From assembly GCA_036476895.1 (NCBI GenBank), contig JAZGCJ010000225.1, positions 1 through 48,749 of the forward strand: DNA of 48,749 bases, given 5' to 3'. Position numbers and translations under genes: made by a program. Origin of the DNA: Thermodesulfobacteriota bacterium (GTDB lineage: Bacteria > Desulfobacterota_D > UBA1144 > Nemesobacterales > JAZGCJ01). The notes beneath the pieces were generated by a model that was given only the letters and a program-made list of their open reading frames with translations, made no database searches and was not told where the DNA came from. Shown piece after piece: positions 38,922-47,743 of the stretch. Numbering within the stretch: position 1 is the stretch's first letter; every line of letters starts with the position of its first letter.

Positions 38922-41461
38922 GCTGCTACTTTCTCCACTAATTCCAGCTTGCCCCATCGAACTCCGGTCTGTAATTCTGCGACCATTGGTACCGTCACAC
39001 CTTTGATTGGTCTCTCCATTTCTTCTCGCACAATATCCAAACTTTTTGTATGCTCTACCTTTGGCACTTCTAAAATAATTGAGTCGTGAACCAGACTGCA
39101 TATCTTTCCAGTCAGCCCTTCTCTTTTAAATCGAAGTCGAATCCTGTTTGCTGCGTTACAATTCATGTCCGATGCTGCCGACTGTATTGGGCTATTCATG
39201 GCTTGACGTTCTGCCAGTGCTTTCAATCCTTTGTCAGGACTATCAATCGTAGGTAGTCTACGAATCCTACCAAAGACACTACTAATCTCTTTGCGGATTT
39301 GTACCTCTCTAATCGCAGCCTTTAACCAGGCACTCGCTTTTGGATACCGACTAAAGAAGATTTCCCGTACATGGACTGCATGTTCTTCTGAACATCCTAA
39401 CATGTCTGCAATACTTTTTGTTCCTCGTCCGAACATCAATCCAAACACAATCGTCTTCGCTTGATTACGTTGTTCTTTATCCACATCTTTAACATCTATA
39501 TTTAGAGCTAGAGACGCCATAAGTTTGTGAATGTCTGGTCCCGTTCCATTCGTCGCTTTGATAATATCCTGGATCATCACAGGGTCTTGTGAATAGTTAG
39601 CCCAATGTCTAAACTCTGCTTGTGCATAGTCAGCTTCAATTAAGAAGAAGCCTTCTTCAGCAATAAATAGAGGCTTAATTCTGGTATCCCTTCGTGGAAT
39701 GTTTTGGACATTAGGATTCTTACTTGACAATCGTCCAGTTACAGTTCCATGAATTAAGAACTCGGTGTGGATTCTACCGTTCTCATCAATAAGATCATTG
39801 ATGCCCATAACATAGGTTCCGTACATCTTATAAGCCTTACGGTGTTGAAGAATCAATGGTATTAAAGGATGTTGCGTTTTTAAGTCTTCAAGTACACTCT
39901 CGTCTGTGGAAGCTAATCCTTTCTTTGTTTTCTTCACAACAGGTAATTTCCACTTCGTGAATAAAAGTTCTCGTAATTGAGGTGTTGATTTGATATTGAG
40001 TCCTGGAGCTATCTGATCAATCTTTATATTAATACCTGCAAGTTCTCCTTCAAAACTCTTTTTTAATTCACTGATGTAATCCCGATCAATCTTCATTCCA
40101 TGTACTTCAGCTTCCATCAACGTCTCACTTAAAATCATAATGACTTGCTTGAACAAGAGCCACAATTTTGCGTCACCCTTTAGCTGAGGTTCATACAAAT
40201 TCTTTTGTCGCATGGTATTGTCAGCATCTTTAGCTCCGTATTCATACAACATGTCCGGTGGAAGCATAGCATAGTTTCTATCCCCTACTGCAATTTTATT
40301 GTCTTTGAACCATTGTTCAAGTGGATCATCGTATCCACCCATGTCTACAACCCATGCTAAATCTTTTAATTTATGACTTGGTGCATTTTCATCCAACATA
40401 TAATGAGCCAGCATCGTATCAAACGTTAATTTATTCACTTGCATCTTATAGCTTTCCATTAAAAATCTGGAGTCAAACTTCCCGTTGTGAGCAATCTTAG
40501 GTATATCAGAAGCAAATAGTGCTCGTAACTTATCAATAATGATTCTTTGCTTCTCACCCCAGTACGGTAGATAATGGTGGATGGTACGAGTCTTTTCTAC
40601 GGGAACTTCTTTCTTCGTCTTGATCCAGGCTTTCGTTTGCTTATCTTTTTTCCGCACACTTTTTAACTTTATTTCGGTGTAGGTTTCTTCCTCACCCCTA
40701 TAGGAATGAATGGGTAATGTAAACCCAAGACCTTCTTTCCATGTGAAGGCTATGCACATCACTGTATCCTTACGTCCATTAAGACCAGATGTTTCTAAAT
40801 CGAAGACAAACTCTGGTACTGTTCGTAGCTTGTCAATTAATTTCTCTGCCTTTTCAAACGTATCAGCTACTTTGTATACACCTAATCTCTTTTCAGTTAA
40901 CTTTGTTGTTTGCGATGAAGTTTTGACACGTCTTAAATCGTTTACCGTTATCCCTTCATACTGTAAGCGTCGTCGAACGTACATCGGATGCATGATAGGC
41001 ATAACTTTACAATTGTATTTATCACTCCAGACCTCAGTCCCTCGGAACTTTCCTATCATAGCAGTACGTTGACCAAGAACTCTCTTCAACGCTACGTTCC
41101 CCATTGGCACAATAACAGTCGGCTTGAGAGCTTCTATCTCTTTATCAAGATAAGCTGAACATGCTTCAATCTCTTCTTTGGACGGATCACGTACATAGTC
41201 TGGTGGTGGTGCTTTTGGAATACAACGAACGACTGTTGTTAAAAAGACTGACACTGGACTGATACCCGCCTTCCGTAGAAGACGATTGACTGCTATCCGT
41301 ATTGGTCCAGAATCTATATCACCTGTCTTATCTTCAGGTGAACCAGGCCACTCACTCACTAACATAATCTTAGCTTGATCATCACCTCGTCCATTAACAA
41401 CGTGTGTCCGTAGTTTACACAGACCACATTTTTCACAATCTTCATTATTTAGACTTTGCAT
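38918..41461 (-). CDS. polA: family A DNA polymerase with 3'-5' exonuclease domain and N-terminal family-4 UDG-like domain
   Basis: UDG-like part: CEKCGLC...VNGRG..AKIMLVSEWPGSPED...VVRCIP...EACSAYL...IMHPMYV. Exonuclease part: FVFDLETSGL, YGAKDAD. Polymerase part: DYAQAEFRHWA (motif A), RNQAKTIVFGLMFGRG (motif B), LVHDSIILEV (motif C). Confidence 0.9.
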   Translation of the reverse strand: MQSLNNEDCEKCGLCKLRTHVVNGRGDDQAKIMLVSEWPGSPEDKTGDIDSGPIRIAVNRLLRKAGISPVSVFLTTVVRCIPKAPPPDYVRDPSKEEIEACSAYLDKEIEALKPTVIVPMGNVALKRVLGQRTAMIGKFRGTEVWSDKYNCKVMPIMHPMYVRRRLQYEGITVNDLRRVKTSSQTTKLTEKRLGVYKVADTFEKAEKLIDKLRTVPEFVFDLETSGLNGRKDTVMCIAFTWKEGLGFTLPIHSYRGEEETYTEIKLKSVRKKDKQTKAWIKTKKEVPVEKTRTIHHYLPYWGEKQRIIIDKLRALFASDIPKIAHNGKFDSRFLMESYKMQVNKLTFDTMLAHYMLDENAPSHKLKDLAWVVDMGGYDDPLEQWFKDNKIAVGDRNYAMLPPDMLYEYGAKDADNTMRQKNLYEPQLKGDAKLWLLFKQVIMILSETLMEAEVHGMKIDRDYISELKKSFEGELAGINIKIDQIAPGLNIKSTPQLRELLFTKWKLPVVKKTKKGLASTDESVLEDLKTQHPLIPLILQHRKAYKMYGTYVMGINDLIDENGRIHTEFLIHGTVTGRLSSKNPNVQNIPRRDTRIKPLFIAEEGFFLIEADYAQAEFRHWANYSQDPVMIQDIIKATNGTGPDIHKLMASLALNIDVKDVDKEQRNQAKTIVFGLMFGRGTKSIADMLGCSEEHAVHVREIFFSRYPKASAWLKAAIREVQIRKEISSVFGRIRRLPTIDSPDKGLKALAERQAMNSPIQSAASDMNCNAANRIRLRFKREGLTGKICSLVHDSIILEVPKVEHTKSLDIVREEMERPIKGVTVPMVAELQTGVRWGKLELVEKVAA

Positions 41462-41876
41462 TTTTACGCCGTTTACTTTTTACCTTCTTTTTCTTCTTCA
41501 CTTCATCTCTTGGATAAACCAACTTCCCATGCATATCAGGAAATCGGAAATGAAAATCTTTGAGAATTTTATCAACTTCAGGATTCTTCTTCGCTATCAC
41601 AGTGGAGAAGATATACAACATTAACGTCATTGTATTAAAATACTTCTCCGAAAAGATAGGGAACGTATAACCGTCTACCTCAACTTTACCTACAGGTACT
41701 GGCCCACCTGCTGGCTGTTGCCCAGGTAATGGTTGTGGTGGAGACTGCCCAGCATTTCGTCTTGCCTCCACGATGTGTTCAACTGGTGATTTATTAGAGT
41801 TGTGTAGATCAACTGAATTTAATCCACTCACCAAGTTTGGAGGTAGTTTAGTGGCTTTCTTTTTATCGTCTGCCAT
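41445..41876 (-). CDS. hypothetical protein (Pro/Gln-rich centre, basic tail)
   Basis: ATG at 41876 (MADDKKK...). The ORF track begins at the TTG at 41894. Confidence 0.55.
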   Translation of the reverse strand: MADDKKKATKLPPNLVSGLNSVDLHNSNKSPVEHIVEARRNAGQSPPQPLPGQQPAGGPVPVGKVEVDGYTFPIFSEKYFNTMTLMLYIFSTVIAKKNPEVDKILKDFHFRFPDMHGKLVYPRDEVKKKKKVKSKRRKNAKSK

Positions 41877-41878
41877 AA

Positions 41879-42235
41879 TTAACCTTGCAGCCAAGCTTTA
41901 CCGAGACGTTTGTTCAACCAACCCACAGCAAACTCAATAGCGAAACCAATTATAATCCCTTCAATCTTTTCCATGATCTTTCTAGGAATGAATTTAATCT
42001 TGATGTTGATATACTTATTCAAGATTTCAACAGCCAATTTCTTTTTAGCTTTTCCATCCAGCTTTTCTACATTGGCACTGTGTTGCTCAATCAGAGTTAT
42101 AACGGTCTCCACAATATTAAGAACTGTACGACTGTTCTTAGTATTCAGCGTATTCATTGTCTTAGTAGCCGTCTTTGTCGTTTCTATAATGCTATTGATC
42201 TTGCTGATCAGTTCGTTTTTTATCACTTTGTCCAT
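41879..42235 (-). CDS. hypothetical protein
   Basis: 118-aa ORF. GGAGGAAAAAG lies upstream of the ATG. Confidence 0.55.
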   Translation of the reverse strand: MDKVIKNELISKINSIIETTKTATKTMNTLNTKNSRTVLNIVETVITLIEQHSANVEKLDGKAKKKLAVEILNKYINIKIKFIPRKIMEKIEGIIIGFAIEFAVGWLNKRLGKAWLQG

Positions 42236-42374
42236 CTTTCTTTTTCCTCCTTCCGAATAGTCTCTTCAAAAAATCTTCAACCTTCCGAATATCAATGGAT
42301 ATCTTGAAATGAATGCCTTTATCTAATCTATCATGGATTTTCTTTTTAAGATATTTTTTCGGATCAAAACCCAT
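42192..42374 (-). CDS. hypothetical small basic protein
   Basis: First ORF after a promoter-like site. GAGGAAGGAAT precedes the ATG. Confidence 0.5.
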   Translation of the reverse strand: MGFDPKKYLKKKIHDRLDKGIHFKISIDIRKVEDFLKRLFGRRKKKDGQSDKKRTDQQDQ

Positions 42375-42390
42375 ATTCCTTCCTCTCTTT

Positions 42391-42420
42391 ATTATACAAA
42401 AATTTACGTGTTTTCACTAC
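42391..42420 (-). promoter_or_regulatory. extended -10 promoter candidate (TTTTTGTATAATAAAG)
   Basis: The minus strand reads GTGAAAACACGTAAATTTTTGTATAATAAAGAGAGGAAGGAATATG in a 66-nt intergenic gap. Confidence 0.45.
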
Positions 42421-42440
42421 AAAACTCTCTACAATCCAGT

Positions 42441-42887
42441 TTATTCTGTTTCAAGACATTTTTTTAACTGTGGTTCTAATTTCAATAGACTGTCCATAGT
42501 TCGTGGGTGTTTACACATCTGTTTCGCTATGGAGTCTGGTACTGTAATACAACAATCAGTAATATCCATCATTACCTTGATATCTTTAATCGTAGAATCA
42601 ACAATGTGACGTGGAATCTCCGTCGGCTCCTCCGCCCGTTTTAGTTCGTCCTGCTTATATAACCAGTACCCAGCAACTTCAGGCTGATGGTCTACAACAC
42701 CATCTTGAATAGGAAAGTCATGTTCAATCGAATAGGCAAAATCGGACCCAAAACATCCCATTGGATCAATCACTCCAATCGTATTCAGATGCTTCGCCTT
42801 AAATGGATTCATGGTATCATTTTTGAATCCTGGATCTTTTGCACGAGACAAAAGATAATCTGCGATTTCTTCAGTGATCCGGTACAT
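42441..42887 (-). CDS. hypothetical protein
   Basis: 148-aa minus-strand ORF abutting the upstream gene. Confidence 0.6.
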   Translation of the reverse strand: MYRITEEIADYLLSRAKDPGFKNDTMNPFKAKHLNTIGVIDPMGCFGSDFAYSIEHDFPIQDGVVDHQPEVAGYWLYKQDELKRAEEPTEIPRHIVDSTIKDIKVMMDITDCCITVPDSIAKQMCKHPRTMDSLLKLEPQLKKCLETE

Positions 42888-43142
42888 TTATTTTCTCCTG
42901 TATTTAAAATAAAGTCCTAAAAATGCTAAGGTACATAAAATAGCCCAACTATAGCTGATAACCAACGGCCAAGCACGCAATGAAATCGTGTATAACAAAC
43001 AAAGTGTAAATCCAGGCAACAATGTCAACCAGTAATTTACGCTGATATCTTTTACTGTCTTTTGTTTGTACGTCTTAATCAATTGAGGCACAAACGAGAA
43101 ACCTAAAAATAAGATTCCTATTAATCCAAAAATCTCAAACAT
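42888..43142 (-). CDS. PQ-loop / SemiSWEET-like 3-TM membrane protein
   Basis: 84 aa with three hydrophobic helices. FVPQLIKTYKQKTVKDIS is a PQ-loop motif. Confidence 0.5.
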   Translation of the reverse strand: MFEIFGLIGILFLGFSFVPQLIKTYKQKTVKDISVNYWLTLLPGFTLCLLYTISLRAWPLVISYSWAILCTLAFLGLYFKYRRK

Positions 43143-43734
43143 TCTTTAATCGTTCCATTACATCATTAAATACATGATGCGGTATTAAAAGATAATCTTC
43201 ATCGTTTAATGAAAATTCAGTTATCATATTAATATCAGACAATTCTTTGTGTATCAGTTTAATTCGTGTTTTATTAACTCTGACTTTTACTGATCCGATG
43301 TCTAATGCTACCTGATTATTTATTGGTTCAATTAATTTGGTCAAATCTACTTTCTTCATAATCCACCATACTTGATTTCTGGATCGACGTTTAAATTTAA
43401 TAGCCAGTATAGGTATCTGCTTATCCGTAATCGCTTCTTCATTGTTTTTATTAATCCATTCTATTTCAACATTTAAAACATAACCATCCATCTTAGTTTT
43501 CTCATATCGTTCTTTTGCTTCTACTTTAAATTGTTGCTGAAGCCAAGGCAAATAAGTAATCACATCGCCTGCGAGAGCATCCATTGCTCCAGAAGCAGGT
43601 ACTCGAAAACTTCTATTTATTTGTATGACTCCGGCTGATGTAGTTTTTAAAATAGGATCATGTTTAGTCTGACCTGTAAATGATAAGAAAAAATCCTCCA
43701 GATGACTCTCAAATGCGTAACCTTTTTTACTCAT
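43135..43734 (-). CDS. PD-(D/E)XK nuclease, Holliday-junction-resolvase-like (tentative)
   Basis: KGYAFESHLEDFF ... RVPASGAMDALAGDVI ... FKVEAKER resembles the Hjc-type layout G..fE ... SG ... D ... ExK. Confidence 0.45.
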   Translation of the reverse strand: MSKKGYAFESHLEDFFLSFTGQTKHDPILKTTSAGVIQINRSFRVPASGAMDALAGDVITYLPWLQQQFKVEAKERYEKTKMDGYVLNVEIEWINKNNEEAITDKQIPILAIKFKRRSRNQVWWIMKKVDLTKLIEPINNQVALDIGSVKVRVNKTRIKLIHKELSDINMITEFSLNDEDYLLIPHHVFNDVMERLKNV

Positions 43735-44429
43735 CGCAAATTACTTCTAAATTTCTGTATTTCGATAGCAGTTTTTTTGTAATGTTCTTTTTTTATCAGT
43801 GGTTGTATATTTTTATAGTTAGTTGCTTGTAAAAATTCAATTTTTTTATTCAAATCAAATGAACAAAGCGGTTTAATGTGATCTAATTGCCATACAGTCC
43901 CATAATTAGTCCAATTCATCTCAGGTATCCACTGTGATTTAATATGCTTGACAAAAAATCCTAAAGTACACCCTAAATACATTGATAAATGAGTATCGTA
44001 TTTTTTTAACTGACCTCTCTGAAGTGAAGTTCTTATTCTTTGACGTAAGTTAGACGCTAATCTATATTCAATGTCATTCTGTAATCTATTCCTTTTATAA
44101 AGTCTTTGATATTTCAAAATTTTATCATAATTTAATTTTGTATATTCCTTTTTTTCTAATAATCGGTTTACTCGATGCTTAGAATAATTTCTCCTTCCTT
44201 TTTTTAGAAAATCATTGTGATTTTTGTAATACTTTTGCTTCATTCTAGTTAATATGTAACGTCTATTTTTTCTGTAATATCGTTTGCTTGAGCATTTATT
44301 ACACAGATATTTATTATGTTCAATATACCATTGACCACTAGAATACGATTTTTGACATATTTTACAAATGTGACCAGTTATCTTTCTTCTAATCTCAAGC
44401 CTCATTAACCGTCGATACTCCTTTAGCAT
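43731..44429 (-). CDS. HNH homing endonuclease
   Basis: CxxC pairs lie near the N-terminus (CKICQ, CNKCS). The C-terminus is WQLDHIKPLCSFDL...NIQPLIKKEHYKK. It overlaps the 3' end of the Rad50 C-half gene by 35 nt. Confidence 0.75.
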   Translation of the reverse strand: MLKEYRRLMRLEIRRKITGHICKICQKSYSSGQWYIEHNKYLCNKCSSKRYYRKNRRYILTRMKQKYYKNHNDFLKKGRRNYSKHRVNRLLEKKEYTKLNYDKILKYQRLYKRNRLQNDIEYRLASNLRQRIRTSLQRGQLKKYDTHLSMYLGCTLGFFVKHIKSQWIPEMNWTNYGTVWQLDHIKPLCSFDLNKKIEFLQATNYKNIQPLIKKEHYKKTAIEIQKFRSNLR

Positions 44430-45024
44430 TATTCACTTTAAATTGTTTGTGCGCCTTTGATGCTATCTCAGAACTGTGTGTAACTAAGATGATTTGCAGT
44501 CGTAGCTTCTCCGATAATTGCCGTATGAACTCTCCTAAGAATGCTTGGTTAGTCACATCTACCGCCTTGAACGTCTCATCCATTATCAGGACTCGTGATA
44601 GCTGTGGACTCCACTTTAATAACAAACTGACTCGTAATGGAAATGATACAATATCTGCCAACCCACCGCCAAATGAGTTCAGTATCTCATAAGACTTGTT
44701 CATGGTTGTATCCTTGACAAGGAACTTAATATCCACTTGATTACGTTCCGTTGATAACTGCATCTCAAAGGCTAGGTTCTTATCTAAGACCTGTTTCAAA
44801 GCATCTGTCACAATGTTACTCATCTTATTTATAATCATCTGCCTTGTTTCGTCTGATAAGGTTTGTAAAAATATAGATGCGTTCTCATGCGTCTGTATCT
44901 TTGTATCAATCTCCATCAGTCGTAGCTCTACCTGCTCTTTCTTTGTTCTAAGAGCATTACATTCACCAATCTGTTGATTGATCTTAGCTTTAAGTTCTCT
45001 TATCTTTAAATCAATGACTTCCAT
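44395..45024 (-). CDS. Rad50/SbcC-like ATPase, C-terminal half (signature, Walker B, H-loop)
   Basis: Signature-like SFGGGLADIVSFPLRVSL, Walker B RVLIMDETF and H-loop ILVTHS, preceded by a coiled-coil segment. Confidence 0.75.
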   Translation of the reverse strand: MEVIDLKIRELKAKINQQIGECNALRTKKEQVELRLMEIDTKIQTHENASIFLQTLSDETRQMIINKMSNIVTDALKQVLDKNLAFEMQLSTERNQVDIKFLVKDTTMNKSYEILNSFGGGLADIVSFPLRVSLLLKWSPQLSRVLIMDETFKAVDVTNQAFLGEFIRQLSEKLRLQIILVTHSSEIASKAHKQFKVNNAKGVSTVNEA

Positions 45025-45253
45025 TTAAACTCTCTAATCCTCGTTTGACATTATTAATTGTAGTTTCAATTATTTCCTCTTGCTTTTTAATCTCTTCTGT
45101 AATCGCCTTTGGATTAACTTTCAATGCAGTACACTCAGCTAAGAGTTTGACCTTTTCTTTGTCTAAGTTCTTCATATCAGATTGCACCTCAATCTTACGT
45201 CGTCTAAGATTATCTAACTCTTTCTTCAATACTGTTAGTTTCTCTAAGCTCAA
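45011..45253 (-). CDS. coiled-coil fragment, probably part of the Rad50 C-half
   Basis: The 80-aa product is entirely heptad-like (LKKELDNLRRRKIEVQSDMKNLDKEKVKLL...). It overlaps the next ORF by 14 nt in another frame. Confidence 0.5.
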   Translation of the reverse strand: MSLEKLTVLKKELDNLRRRKIEVQSDMKNLDKEKVKLLAECTALKVNPKAITEEIKKQEEIIETTINNVKRGLESLNGSH

Positions 45254-46182
45254 TTTAGCACCTCTCTAGCTTCTTTGATTTTCTCCAAAATCAATTCGAT
45301 ACTCTCCATTGGTAGCCTTTGTTGATCTCCAGTTTCTTTTACTAAGCTCTCTATATTTACATTAGAAAATGAAGTTTGCTCTAAGCTATTAGCAAATGCA
45401 TCAAGGTTTAATTTATGTTTCTTTTCATCTTCAACAGATTCTAAATCAAACACATCTCTCTTAGCACTCTCTAATAATATGGATTTTGTCCCAATGAAGC
45501 CATCCTCGATGGATACGATTACAACATTTGGTTTATGTCCAGCCTCATTAATTGCCCACCTGCATATTGGCCCTGAGTTAATCCAAGCTGTAGTCTTTGT
45601 CGTATAGTTGAACGGTGTATGATAATGACCACATAAAACTAAATGAGCATTGGTCTTAATATCTTTAGGATGTACAAATCCAAATGGCATTGAATCTTCA
45701 GGTATAATATAATTGTGAGAAATAATGATTCTCTTCCAATCTTTGTACTTTTCATCAAACATGTAATCATCCCCATAATTCTGCTCTGCGTGAGCATTAA
45801 CATGAACAGCCTTGATAACTACCTTCTCATTTACATCTTCAATCAAATCTAAACGTTTCATTACACCGGATTCAAATAAAACTCCGATACCACTCTGAGC
45901 CGAACTATCTAAATTATATCCTGTTACATCATGATTGCCAATGATACCTAATAACGGACATGGTAACTGGTTAGCCCATCTTATGATAGCTCTTACCAGC
46001 TTATGTGAAGGCTTCTTAGTATTGAAGAAATCCCCACCTTCTATCATAAAGTCTAACTCATTATCTTTAGCAATCTCATTAATCTCATCCAGCTTATTCA
46101 TTTGAGCTTGCCATATATCATCTATTCTGGACTTTGGTGTATCATCTCTAAAATGAGAGTCTGTGAAGAATCCAAACTTCAT
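45250..46182 (-). CDS. Mre11/SbcD-like nuclease (metallophosphoesterase)
   Basis: Motifs appear in order: TDSHF, GGDFFN, GNHD, ISHN, CGHYH. ATGA overlaps at both ends. Confidence 0.85.
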   Translation of the reverse strand: MKFGFFTDSHFRDDTPKSRIDDIWQAQMNKLDEINEIAKDNELDFMIEGGDFFNTKKPSHKLVRAIIRWANQLPCPLLGIIGNHDVTGYNLDSSAQSGIGVLFESGVMKRLDLIEDVNEKVVIKAVHVNAHAEQNYGDDYMFDEKYKDWKRIIISHNYIIPEDSMPFGFVHPKDIKTNAHLVLCGHYHTPFNYTTKTTAWINSGPICRWAINEAGHKPNVVIVSIEDGFIGTKSILLESAKRDVFDLESVEDEKKHKLNLDAFANSLEQTSFSNVNIESLVKETGDQQRLPMESIELILEKIKEAREVLN

Positions 46183-47171
46183 AGGTTCTCCTTAACTTTT
46201 TGTAACTGTTCTTTATTAAGGTTTGTGAAACATGTTGGGCAAGCACCTGTGCTCTCCAATACTTTCATATATTCATTCAAGGTTTTCTTTTCTTCTTCAC
46301 TTAGATATTCTGCTGAGTTAAGTTTTTTGCGTAGGTCTATTTCAATCTGATCTACTTGTGACTGTATCTTTTCAATAGACTCTAATTGTGTCAAATCTTT
46401 TTCTAATTGATCTTCGTTGAAGTCCAATGCCTTATAGATACTATTAATATGAGCAAAGGTATTTTTCCACAGCATGGTCTTCTCGTTGAGCTTCTTCAAA
46501 TTCATAACTCTATCAATAATATCTGCGACCTGAGAAAATTGATGCTCCAACTCTCTGACTTTTTTCTCTCTTTCATCTAATCCTTCGTATGGCTTCAGTT
46601 CTTCTTCAAGTCTTTCTAATTCCAGTAACTTAATTTTTCTCTCTGCTGACAAGGCTCTTTTATCTTTATTAATCTCTCGCAGTGAATAATCCAACAAATG
46701 AACATCAGAAAGTTTTCCAATAACTTTTGCCTTGAATGACCCTGGCTTTGGAATCAAGAACAATCCGTCATGTTGATTGGAGATGTTTAAATTCAGATAG
46801 TCCTTTGCATCAATCTGCACCTTTCGGATGTTGAAAATATCTTCAATTTGTTCAGGGACAGACGTACCAAAATTTTCATAGACTTGTTCAAGCTTATTGG
46901 GTTCCTGAACAATGTACTTATTAACCGATGCACCCTTCTCTCGTATCACCACAATGCCTGTGTCTGTTTCTAACGTGATACGACAAAACGTAACTCCTTC
47001 CCTAACCCATGTAGTGTCCCACTGCCCGTATAAAATAAAAGCCGTAGCTCTCACTATGGCTGACTTCCCCGAACTATTCCGACCAATTATTACATTGAAT
47101 AATGGATGAAAATTAAATTCTTCATGTAGATATGATTGAAAATTTTCAAGTATTAATTTTTTAATTTGCAT
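46179..47171 (-). CDS. Rad50/SbcC-like ATPase, N-terminal half (Walker A, coiled coil, CxxC zinc hook at its C-terminus)
   Basis: MQIKKLILENFQSY...GRNSSGKSA (Walker A), a long coiled coil, and an end of ...GACPTCFTNLNKEQLQKVKENL. Confidence 0.8.
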   Translation of the reverse strand: MQIKKLILENFQSYLHEEFNFHPLFNVIIGRNSSGKSAIVRATAFILYGQWDTTWVREGVTFCRITLETDTGIVVIREKGASVNKYIVQEPNKLEQVYENFGTSVPEQIEDIFNIRKVQIDAKDYLNLNISNQHDGLFLIPKPGSFKAKVIGKLSDVHLLDYSLREINKDKRALSAERKIKLLELERLEEELKPYEGLDEREKKVRELEHQFSQVADIIDRVMNLKKLNEKTMLWKNTFAHINSIYKALDFNEDQLEKDLTQLESIEKIQSQVDQIEIDLRKKLNSAEYLSEEEKKTLNEYMKVLESTGACPTCFTNLNKEQLQKVKENL

Positions 47172-47728
47172 AATCTGTTATATAATGTATTAATCCATTG
47201 TTTAAATTCAGTATAAGACATTGTATGCTTAGAATAATTGCAACGTTTACAACAAGGAACACAGTTTTTCTTAAAATATCCTAATTTATTATTTAATCTG
47301 TCTATCCCATTATAAATAAATTTAGAATTTGCAATTGCCTCCTTTGTAATCCCACCTCCATACGAGAATTGAGATGGCTCTTTACCACAATAAAAACAAG
47401 ATTTTTGAACTATTTCTTGAATATCTTCACGAGATAATTCAAAACTTAAATTTCTATCTTTAGCTCCATTTCTGTAGCGTTGTATTAAGTGAGTTAATCC
47501 GGTATATCCAGGTTTACCTCGTCTTTTTTCAATCCAATAACAACCACAGGATGTAGTATCCTGTTGTTGTAAATTGTTTGAAGAAACTTCTCTAGTATTA
47601 CCACAGATACATAAACATTTCCAAATAACTCCACCAGGTTTGGTTCTTTTATCAGTTAATTCGATTACAGTTAATCTCCCAAATTTCTGATTCAATAAAT
47701 TTTTTATTCGAGGAGATATTATTTGCAT
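47153..47728 (-). CDS. HNH homing endonuclease
   Basis: CFYCGKEP...GIDRLNNKLGYFKKNCVPCCKRCNYSKH. Same subfamily as the partial ORF at the window end. Confidence 0.7.
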   Translation of the reverse strand: MQIISPRIKNLLNQKFGRLTVIELTDKRTKPGGVIWKCLCICGNTREVSSNNLQQQDTTSCGCYWIEKRRGKPGYTGLTHLIQRYRNGAKDRNLSFELSREDIQEIVQKSCFYCGKEPSQFSYGGGITKEAIANSKFIYNGIDRLNNKLGYFKKNCVPCCKRCNYSKHTMSYTEFKQWINTLYNRLCKLKN

Positions 47729-47743
47729 CAGTTAACTCCACCG

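Noticed and set aside
38922-39101. N-terminal 60-residue extension of the HNH ORF (track start 39101) overlapping the polymerase 3' end.
   Set aside because: The extension is out of frame inside the conserved polymerase C-terminus. The ATG at 38921 forms an ATGA junction with the polymerase stop and gives a normal-sized HNH protein.
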